Assembly (NCBI GenBank): GCA_023229115.1
Contig: JALNZW010000002.1
Span: 17,513 to 81,512 of the forward strand
DNA: 64,000 nt
Origin: Patescibacteria group bacterium
GTDB taxonomy: Bacteria; Patescibacteriota; Patescibacteriia; Patescibacteriales; UBA12465
Reading direction: 5' to 3'
A program made the position numbers and the translations under genes. Shown piece after piece: positions 8,969-16,443 of the stretch. Every line of letters starts with the position of its first letter. Positions within the stretch are counted from its first letter, which is position 1. A model generated the notes under the pieces. It was given only the letters and a program-made list of their open reading frames with translations, made no database searches and was not told the DNA's origin.

Positions 8969-11122
8969 TTATTTTAAATTAATAGAATCATCAATTGTAG
9001 ATCTTATCGCTCTGACTTTATTAGAGCTTCCCTTATAATATTCTGGAGGAGTTTCAGATAGAGCCTTAGCTTCATTTATAAATTTAAATCTTTTTGAATA
9101 AGAAGGCCTAATACCAGCTACCGCCGAAGAAACATCTAATTCCGTAGAAGACCAATAATAACTATTATAAATACTTAAATTAGTTAAAAGATAGTTCAGT
9201 TCATTGCTTGAGGGCAAATACCAGTCACTATAACCTCCACTCTGATAATCACTTGCTATTTGAGCAGCACTAGAATTACCACAAGGAAGAGACAATATAT
9301 TTGAAGTGTTGCTTGTCCCATCCACAATCGAAAAAGCTTCGGTAAGAACACCATCACAACCCCAAGAAGTTCCAGCACTTTGATCACTTGTTGCCGCTAC
9401 AAAAATTTTAGCTTCATCAGCAATTGTATACCCTTTATAAAAAACAACTCCCCCTCCGCAAGAATCACCTATTTCATTTAAATCCGTACATTCAGTATCT
9501 TGAACAATTGGCTCTTCGCCATCCTCATCTTCAGAGTTAGAAACCAATCTTCTTATAACCAAGGCATTCATATTCTCATTGTCTGGCGATTGATCTTCTA
9601 AAAACATTAAATAGATAATATTATTATCTATTAACATTGAAATGCTAGAAAATATTTCACTATAGGAAGCAATCGGTCCAACATTTTCCCAGGAAGAACC
9701 ATTAAATTTTTTTACCTCCACTAAACCAGGGTCAGTGGCTGGATTAGTAGCTGAGACGTTAACACCATTTTTATAGGCCACATAAGGAACTTCATTATAA
9801 ATATAAAGAGCTAATTGAGAGGCATGACCAACAGAAAAAACTCCATCATTTGGTCCAAGTGGTTGCCAAGAGGTTCCATTAAATTTTAAAGCTGTACCTC
9901 TTTCGCCAACACCTCCGCTTGCAACATCTACACCACCTTGGTAAACAACATATAAATCACCATTATTACTTATTTGAAAATCAGCATGACCAGAGTTTTC
10001 TGAATGAAGTATTTCTATTGGACTACCAACTTGATTCCAAGTAGTTCCATCAAATTTTTTAACCACCCATTTAGGTGACCCAGAATCACAATCTCTTCTA
10101 TACATAGTATAAAGCTCTCCATTATGAATTCTAAGAATTGGCTTGGTTCCTTTTTGACCATTGGAAACAGTTGGCCCAACTTGCTCCCAAGCACCATTTA
10201 CAAATTTGACTACATAAGTTTCCTCGGTAGAAGCTTTGTCCTTGTAAGCCACATAAGGAACATTATTATAAACAGCTAGAGAAGGGTGGCAAGCTATATC
10301 AAAAGAAGTATATTCACCTAAAGACTCCCAACTACCATTTACAAATTTTTTAGTTATAATCATTTGTGAATCATAATTATCTTTATAGGTTATATATGGC
10401 ACTCCATTGAAAACCTGCATGGAAGATTTTCCTCCACTTTGACTGTGAATTGTTGACCCTAAATTAGCCCAAGAATTACCACTTGATTTAGCCATTTTTA
10501 AATAACGACTTTCTGAACTATCTCGATAGGAGGCATAAAGTTCATTATTATAAACATCTAGATTAGAGCTACAACCCCGCTCAGATAAGACTGGAGATCC
10601 ATAGGTTTGCCAAATACAACTTGATGAATCAGCTAAACAATTATTTTCAGTTGAACCATCATCATCTCCCCCTCCTTCAATTCCGCAATCTTGATTTAAA
10701 ATGCCTCCTGGAGTCAAACACTTAAGACCAGAATCTAAATTGTTAGAATCTTTTCCTAAACAAAAAGACAAGAGATAAGTACGATCATTATTTTGAGGTT
10801 GATAGATATATGAGTTTTGTTCTTCGGTGCAAGCACCATCAGCTACAGCCGGAGCAGCAGGAATATTTTGCATATAAATACCATCAATCCCGGCAATTTG
10901 GCCAGAATTCCATTCTTCTTCCGTTGGATAACGATTATTTTCATTAAAAAATAATTCTAAAGCAGTTTGCAGTTGTTTAACATCTGCTAAGCGCTTAGAG
11001 TCGCGGGCGCGAGAACGGGCTTGTTGTAGGGCTACTACGGCTAAGGTGGCTAGTATGCCAACGATAGCTATTACTACCAAAAGCTCGATTAGGGTGAAAG
11101 CTTTTTGTTTTTGTTTGAACAT
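8969..11122 (-). CDS. type IV pilin-like protein with beta-propeller-like repeats and C-terminal DUF1566/Lcl-like lectin-fold domain (717 aa)
   Basis: N-terminus MFKQKQKA|[28 protein letters not shown] and a full pilin domain to ..LKCLTPGGI (aa 1-141). Six to seven ~50-aa repeats of YNNxPYVAYKD..VKKFNGxxWxxVG (aa 186-526, nt 9545..10567). C-terminal GGGVVFYKG..GGYSDWYLPSSNEL..YYWSSTE..KVRAIRS (nt 8999..9466). Confidence 0.85.
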   Translation of the reverse strand: MFKQKQKAFTLIELLVVIAIVGILATLAVVALQQARSRARDSKRLADVKQLQTALELFFNENNRYPTEEEWNSGQIAGIDGIYMQNIPAAPAVADGACTEEQNSYIYQPQNNDRTYLLSFCLGKDSNNLDSGLKCLTPGGILNQDCGIEGGGDDDGSTENNCLADSSSCIWQTYGSPVLSERGCSSNLDVYNNELYASYRDSSESRYLKMAKSSGNSWANLGSTIHSQSGGKSSMQVFNGVPYITYKDNYDSQMIITKKFVNGSWESLGEYTSFDIACHPSLAVYNNVPYVAYKDKASTEETYVVKFVNGAWEQVGPTVSNGQKGTKPILRIHNGELYTMYRRDCDSGSPKWVVKKFDGTTWNQVGSPIEILHSENSGHADFQISNNGDLYVVYQGGVDVASGGVGERGTALKFNGTSWQPLGPNDGVFSVGHASQLALYIYNEVPYVAYKNGVNVSATNPATDPGLVEVKKFNGSSWENVGPIASYSEIFSSISMLIDNNIIYLMFLEDQSPDNENMNALVIRRLVSNSEDEDGEEPIVQDTECTDLNEIGDSCGGGVVFYKGYTIADEAKIFVAATSDQSAGTSWGCDGVLTEAFSIVDGTSNTSNILSLPCGNSSAAQIASDYQSGGYSDWYLPSSNELNYLLTNLSIYNSYYWSSTELDVSSAVAGIRPSYSKRFKFINEAKALSETPPEYYKGSSNKVRAIRSTIDDSINLK

Positions 11123-11141
11123 ATTGTTTTATTACTACCAA

Positions 11142-11244
11142 TTGTCATCCCAGCAAGCCACTTCCTGTATGGCAAAATCTTGGACACAGCTTGGTTTGTA
11201 AAGATTAAACCGCTTCTGTCATCCCAGCGTAAGCTGGGATCCAG
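11142..11244. repeat. palindromic repeat units a (degenerate, 11142..11190) and b (11216..11244)
   Basis: Unit b = CTGTCATCCCAGC-GTAA-GCTGGGATCCAG. Unit a has the same left arm, a long loop and a decayed right arm. Same family at 11349, 34350, 55329, 55402, 55556 and 55595. Confidence 0.8.
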
Positions 11245-11298
11245 CTTGGTTAGTAAAAATAATTGAATTATATAAAATTACTAAATTAATTTATTTAA

Positions 11299-11327
11299 AT
11301 TATACTTATAATCCCTTTGTCAACCAA
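11299..11327 (-). promoter_or_regulatory. sigma70-like promoter of the 717-aa pilin gene
   Basis: Minus strand TTGGTT(11327..11322)-N17-TATAAT(11304..11299). Aligns without gaps to TTGTTT-N17-TATAAT upstream of the second cargo pilin. Confidence 0.55.
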
Positions 11328-11348
11328 TAGAGTACTTAGGTGTTTATT

Positions 11349-11377
11349 CTGGATTCCAGCTTTCGCTGGAATGACAG
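11349..11377. repeat. palindromic repeat unit c (inverted orientation relative to b)
   Basis: CTGGATTCCAGC-TTTC-GCTGGAATGACAG. Confidence 0.8.
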
Positions 11378-11415
11378 GGAATAATTCTATTATAACAAAA
11401 AATATAATTAAAAAA

Positions 11416-14409
11416 TTATTGTCTAAAATCACAGATATCTTTAAAATCACAAAAAGAACAATTAAAAGTTGAAGGCTTTGGTAAAAATTCTTTTTTATTT
11501 ATTTCCTCAATACTGTTTTTTAACCACTCTAGTGTTTTATCAATATCTTTTTCCTTAGCCTCAAAGCTGAGCTTATTGTTTGCCTCTAAATAATAATAAC
11601 TCATTTTTTCAACCTCTAAACTTAAAACACTTTCAATCATTATTTTATACAAAAGTAACTGCCGTTTGTCATCTGAACTTAGAGATTCTTTGGCATTACC
11701 AGTTTTATAATCAATAATTTCAAACTTACCATTTTCTAGCTTATCAATTCTGTCGATTCTACCAATTATAGTTTGATTATTAAATTTATATCTTAAATCT
11801 TTTTCTAAAAAGTATATTTGTGGCAATTTGCCAGAAAGTAAAGATTTGCAAAAATTTTTTAAAATATCCTTACCCTTTAAATTATATTCATTTCTAACTA
11901 ATTTATCCTCATAACCTTCGTCTTGCCAAAATTGACGATAAAGATCTAAAATTCTTTTTTCATTCAATTCTTTTGTATTTATTTTTTGATCAGAAAATAA
12001 ATCAGACTGCAAATTATTCCCACCTTGAAGTATTGGCAAAAGAAAATGATAAAGAGTATTGTGAATAACTTTTCCAAAGGTTAAATTATACTTTTCAGTT
12101 GGAACTGGAACTTTTAATAAATGAGCATATTTATATTGCAAGGGACATTTATCAAAAGAGGCAAACTGAGAATAAGAAAAATAAGCTGGCAGTTTTAACT
12201 CTTCCTTGGTTAGTAAAAACTCTCCAAAATTTTCATCAGAAATTGTTTTTAAATCTTTAAAAAAATCTAAATCATCAAAATTTATTTTTTCAGATATATT
12301 TAATTCCAATTTTGATTCTTTTATAAAAATAGAAGGTCTCTTTTCTCTAGCACCACCATAATCCTTAGAACAACTTAGATATAAATTTTCTTTAGCTCTA
12401 GTTAAGGCTACATAAAACAAACGTCTTTCTTCTTCGATATGAAAATTGTCAGAATTGCCAACTTTTTCTTTAACCAAAGTTTGAGGAACTGGAATTTTAT
12501 CCTTTCGATTATCACTAGGAAAACGTCTTTCCACCAAATCCACTAAAAAAACATGTTTAAATTCTAGGCCCTTGGCGGAATGAACGGTCATAACTTTAAC
12601 GGTATCAACATCAACGAAATCATTTTTCAATCTACCAAAATCACCAGACTCCAATTCAAAATCCAAAACTTCCAGAAAATCTTTCAATCTTAAATTTTCA
12701 TCATCTTCTTCAAATTTTTTTATTTTTTGATAAAACTGATTAATGTAAGAAAAAATCTCTTTATCTTTTTCATGATTTAAATTTTTTAAAATTTCACTAT
12801 CATAAACAAATTTAACAAAAACATGACTTGGTTTTTTATCACGAGCTAAAATGCTATGAGTTTCAATTAAATTCAAAAGCTTATTTATTTTAGGTAAAGA
12901 GACGGAACTGACTCCTTTTATTTTTTCAGCATTTTGCAAACCCTCAAATAAAGACCAATATTTTTTCTTAGACTCTTTAATTATATTTTGTAAATCAAGA
13001 TAGCTTATTTTAAATTCTTCCATGTTTAAAACCCGAAACAATGCTGATGATTCTCGATAATCGTCTAATAATCTAAAATAAGAAATTATATCTAAAATTA
13101 TTGGTTTATAATAAAGACCCTTAAGAGAAACAAAATGATTAGGAATGTTTAAACGACTAAGCTCTTTGGAGTACTTGTCAGCCGAATCGTTAGTTCTAGT
13201 TAAAATAGCAAAATCCAACCAATTACACCCTGGATCTTTTTTATAAATTTCAAAAATCTTGGAGCTAACAAAACTCATTTCATCTGATTCATTTAAAAAA
13301 TTAAAAGCTGATATGGGATTAGATTTTGAATTTTCTGATTCAAAATAAGATTTTAACTTTTTATCAATTCCCAATTTAATCTCTAAACGATTGGGATTAT
13401 TATGAGAAATAAAATTGTAAGCTAAATCAAGTATTTCCTGACGAGAACGATAATTGCGAGTCAAAACTATTTCTTTAGCCTGAGGATAATCATCTTTAAA
13501 CTGCATAATATTAGAAATAGAAGCTCCCCTAAATTTATAAATAGACTGATCATCATCACCAACCACCATCAAATTATTTTTTTTACCAGCCAAAATTTTA
13601 ATTAATTCATATTGAGAAAAATTAGTATCTTGAAACTCATCTAACATCAAATATTTAAATTTTGCTTGATAAACTTTTAAAATATTAGGTCTGGTTTTAA
13701 AAAGTTTAATAGTATAATTTATTAAATCAGCAAAATCTAAATTACCGTCCTCAAGCATGATCTTATTATAGACAAAAAAAGCTTCAGCCAATTCCTTGGT
13801 TTTTTTCAACTCTAAAGTATCTTCTTCACTAAAATCTTTTATTTTCTTAGATTTTTTCTCAAGTTCTATAGAATAATTTAAATATTCTTCTGCTAGAATA
13901 TTTTCATCTTTCAAACGAGAAAAATGGTTTAACAGTTCTTTAATAAATTTATTAGGGTTTCCAGCAGGAGCATAATAATCTAGCTTAAAGCTAGCTAAAT
14001 TCTTTTTTACAAAAATCCACTGAGCTGTCTCATCTAATAATTTAAAATCAGGATTTAAACCAATTTCTAAAGCATGATCACGCAAAACTCTTTCACCAAA
14101 GCCATGAAAAGTATTAATCCAGAGATCAATATAACCGTAGGGTAAAATTTTATCAGCTCTCTCAATCATCTCATTAGCAGCTTTTTCGGTAAAAGTAGCT
14201 AAAAATATTTCATCTGTTTTCACTCCTTCTTCTAAAATTAAATAGGCCAAACGATTGATTAAAACCGTCGTTTTGCCAGTACCAGCGCCAGCCACTACTA
14301 AAAGAGGCCCGTCTTTATGTTTAACAGCCTCTAATTGTTCCTTGTTAAGTTTTTTTAAATCTTCTTTAAACAAATTTAAATCATTTTGTATGTTTTTTTT
14401 GTTTTTCAT
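11416..14409 (-). CDS. UvrD/PcrA-type helicase fused to a C-terminal RecB/Cas4-like PD-(D/E)XK nuclease with a 4-Cys cluster
   Basis: 997 aa. Walker A AGAGTGKTT, DEFQDT, helicase motifs through VMTVHSAKGLEF and YVALTRAK. C-terminal domain FDKCPLQYKY ... GRIDRID..EIIDYKTG ... CSFCDFKDIC (C..C-x2-C-x5-C). Confidence 0.85.
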   Translation of the reverse strand: MKNKKNIQNDLNLFKEDLKKLNKEQLEAVKHKDGPLLVVAGAGTGKTTVLINRLAYLILEEGVKTDEIFLATFTEKAANEMIERADKILPYGYIDLWINTFHGFGERVLRDHALEIGLNPDFKLLDETAQWIFVKKNLASFKLDYYAPAGNPNKFIKELLNHFSRLKDENILAEEYLNYSIELEKKSKKIKDFSEEDTLELKKTKELAEAFFVYNKIMLEDGNLDFADLINYTIKLFKTRPNILKVYQAKFKYLMLDEFQDTNFSQYELIKILAGKKNNLMVVGDDDQSIYKFRGASISNIMQFKDDYPQAKEIVLTRNYRSRQEILDLAYNFISHNNPNRLEIKLGIDKKLKSYFESENSKSNPISAFNFLNESDEMSFVSSKIFEIYKKDPGCNWLDFAILTRTNDSADKYSKELSRLNIPNHFVSLKGLYYKPIILDIISYFRLLDDYRESSALFRVLNMEEFKISYLDLQNIIKESKKKYWSLFEGLQNAEKIKGVSSVSLPKINKLLNLIETHSILARDKKPSHVFVKFVYDSEILKNLNHEKDKEIFSYINQFYQKIKKFEEDDENLRLKDFLEVLDFELESGDFGRLKNDFVDVDTVKVMTVHSAKGLEFKHVFLVDLVERRFPSDNRKDKIPVPQTLVKEKVGNSDNFHIEEERRLFYVALTRAKENLYLSCSKDYGGAREKRPSIFIKESKLELNISEKINFDDLDFFKDLKTISDENFGEFLLTKEELKLPAYFSYSQFASFDKCPLQYKYAHLLKVPVPTEKYNLTFGKVIHNTLYHFLLPILQGGNNLQSDLFSDQKINTKELNEKRILDLYRQFWQDEGYEDKLVRNEYNLKGKDILKNFCKSLLSGKLPQIYFLEKDLRYKFNNQTIIGRIDRIDKLENGKFEIIDYKTGNAKESLSSDDKRQLLLYKIMIESVLSLEVEKMSYYYLEANNKLSFEAKEKDIDKTLEWLKNSIEEINKKEFLPKPSTFNCSFCDFKDICDFRQ

Positions 14410-14468
14410 ATACTAATATTATACACTATTTCATGCTTTAAAGTAAATAAAGCAACGAAAAAATCCAG

Positions 14469-14496
14469 TTGTAAAGCAAAAAAACTATGCTATAAT
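14469..14496 (+). promoter_or_regulatory. promoter placing the TSS at or next to the DUF368 start codon (leaderless candidate)
   Basis: TTGTAA(14469..14474)-N16-TATAAT(14491..14496); the ATG at 14503 is only 6 nt after the -10. Confidence 0.5.
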
Positions 14497-14502
14497 AAAA
14501 TC

Positions 14503-15372
14503 ATGAGTAAATACAAAGAAAAGATAAATATATTTTTAAAAGGCTTCGCTATGGGCGCCGTCGATATAATCCCTGGTATTTCTGGCGGAACCATGGCCTT
14601 AATTTTAGGTATTTATGAAAAAATAATACTAGAATTAAAAAAAATAAACTTTAAAAACTTAAAAAATTTATTATCAAAGAAACAAGAAAGTAAAGAAAAA
14701 ATAGATTTAAACTTCTTGATTTGGCTATTTTTGGGAATAATTACAGCTATAGTATCTTTAGCCAAATTGATACATTATCTTCTGCAAAACTATCCCAATC
14801 AACTTTATGGATTTTTCTTGGGATTAATATTGGCCTCTATTTTTCTTCTTTTGCCCAAAAACTTTTATAAAAACAAAAATTATTTCTTTCTAATTCCTGG
14901 ATTTATAATTGCCTGGCTGATTTCTTCATCAGGTAGCTTAAATTCTTCTAATACTTACTTCAACATCTTTTTAAGTGGTTTTTTGGCAATTTGTGCCATG
15001 ATACTGCCGGGAATAAGTGGTTCTTTTATACTTTTAATACTGGGAAAGTATGAATTCATGATATCTGTTTTAAAAAATCCTTTTATAAACAATAATCTCT
15101 TTTATATTTTAATATTTGCCTTCGGTTGCTTGCTAGGATTATTGTCCTTTGTAAAATTACTTGGCTTTCTGTTCAAAAAACACAAAGAACAATCTTTAGC
15201 CGTTTTAATCGGTTTTATGGCTGGAGCTTTAAAAAAAATTTGGCCGTTTCAAGAGCTAATTAATGAAAAAAATTTATTTATAAACATCACACCAATTCTA
15301 CTTCTTATAATCTTAGGAATAACAGCGGGAGTGCTTATACCAAAAATGGCCAAAACAAAAAACAGGGGTTAA
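14503..15372 (+). CDS. DUF368 family membrane protein
   Basis: Start moved to the ATG at 14503 (MSKYKEKINIFLKGFAMGAVDIIPGISGGTMALILGIYE, and a second PGISGSFILLILGKYE half). The track's upstream extension overlaps the divergent helicase gene. Confidence 0.8.
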   Translation: MSKYKEKINIFLKGFAMGAVDIIPGISGGTMALILGIYEKIILELKKINFKNLKNLLSKKQESKEKIDLNFLIWLFLGIITAIVSLAKLIHYLLQNYPNQLYGFFLGLILASIFLLLPKNFYKNKNYFFLIPGFIIAWLISSSGSLNSSNTYFNIFLSGFLAICAMILPGISGSFILLILGKYEFMISVLKNPFINNNLFYILIFAFGCLLGLLSFVKLLGFLFKKHKEQSLAVLIGFMAGALKKIWPFQELINEKNLFINITPILLLIILGITAGVLIPKMAKTKNRG

Positions 15373-15386
15373 ACCCCTGTTTTTTA
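15355..15386. terminator. bidirectional terminator
   Basis: ACAGGGG-TTAAA-CCCCTGT with A-run and T-run; the DUF368 stop codon lies in the loop. Confidence 0.75.
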
Positions 15387-15396
15387 ATTAGATATA

Positions 15397-15918
15397 TTAA
15401 GCTGCATTTTTATATTTATTTTCTATTTCAGCTCTACCCATTCGAGCTAATTCCATAATAAGTTCTTTCTTCCTGCGTAAAAGTTCTACTTTTTCGTTTC
15501 CTCTATCCATTTTAGATATCTTTTTATTAACATCCATTATTTCACTTAATTTATTTTTCAACTCTGGGGTTTTAGCACCAGCAGAATCAATTCCACTAGA
15601 AAAACTAGCGCCTAAATCCATAGAAATGCTAGCAGTATGAGTTAAGCTTCTAATCATCTTTTCTAAACTTTTTAAATCTTCTTCGTATTTTTCTTCTTTA
15701 GTTTTTTCTCTACCCTTAAACATTTCACCAATTTTACCAAAAATTGATTTTCTAGCTTTATTAAGCTCCTCACTAGCCTTTAAATCAGCTTCGGCTAAAT
15801 CTGAAGCAGTAACTTCACTCTTATCCTCAACTACTATTCTTTCATTCTTTTGGTCTTCACCTGTTTTAAGTTCTTCATTCTCGGCTTTTTTATCTAAAGT
15901 AGCGTTTTCAAAATTCAT
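15397..15918 (-). CDS. hypothetical charged/coiled-coil protein (173 aa)
   Basis: Long ORF on the locally dominant strand; no TM and no motif I recognise. Confidence 0.55.
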   Translation of the reverse strand: MNFENATLDKKAENEELKTGEDQKNERIVVEDKSEVTASDLAEADLKASEELNKARKSIFGKIGEMFKGREKTKEEKYEEDLKSLEKMIRSLTHTASISMDLGASFSSGIDSAGAKTPELKNKLSEIMDVNKKISKMDRGNEKVELLRRKKELIMELARMGRAEIENKYKNAA

Positions 15919-16077
15919 ATTTTTACAAATAACAGTTTATTTCTTGAAATAAACAATTATTATTAATTAATTTTTAAAATCTTAATTACTATAAGTTAAT
16001 TATATCACAAAAAACAAAATTAGTCAATAGCTATTTTGTTTAATAAAAAAGCCTTAAAATTACTAAAGGCTTTGTTT

Positions 16078-16344
16078 TTAATTTAAAAAAGACAACATTG
16101 GCACATAACAGCCAGTATAGTCGCTTTTTTTAGGTTTCTTTTTTTTGGAATAATAATACAAAAACAACTCATTCGCAATAATTGAATTATTGTCTATGAA
16201 ATCATAAAACACTTCTGTAATCTTATTCTGAGACTTAAAATCTTTTTCTATTTTTTTGATTCGCTTGTTAATTTCAGCCTCAGAATCAAAAAGCATAATA
16301 TGATTTGTAAGTACCCATCTATATTTATCGTCCTTAGTCATCAT
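16078..16344 (-). CDS. hypothetical protein (88 aa)
   Basis: ORF flanked by its own hairpin terminators (16384..16417 upstream, about 16045..16075 downstream); no recognisable motif. Confidence 0.45.
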   Translation of the reverse strand: MMTKDDKYRWVLTNHIMLFDSEAEINKRIKKIEKDFKSQNKITEVFYDFIDNNSIIANELFLYYYSKKKKPKKSDYTGCYVPMLSFLN

Positions 16345-16383
16345 TTTTATTTTTAAAATACTTCTAAAAACTTTAGCATAAAA

Positions 16384-16417
16384 TTAAAAAAAGTCAAGAC
16401 CCCGAAAGAGTCTTGAC
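16384..16417 (-). terminator. RNase J terminator
   Basis: AGTCAAGAC / GTCTTGACT 9-bp stem followed (minus strand) by TTTTTTTTAATTTT. Confidence 0.75.
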
Positions 16418-16443
16418 TAAACACAAAAATAAACAAATTTGTT

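Noticed and set aside
11245-11348. Calling the promoter segment a proven invertible element
   Set aside because: Each flanking unit is itself palindromic, so inverted flanks arise trivially. There is no recombinase gene in the window, and both loci show the promoter in the ON orientation. It is kept only as a hypothesis.
14386-14502. N-terminal extensions given by the ORF track (also 32791..32826, 34279..34314, 48634..48684, 56745..56831)
   Set aside because: The extensions start at TTG/GTG, overlap neighbouring genes or terminators, and precede an ATG that begins the conserved part of the protein. Starts were moved downstream.
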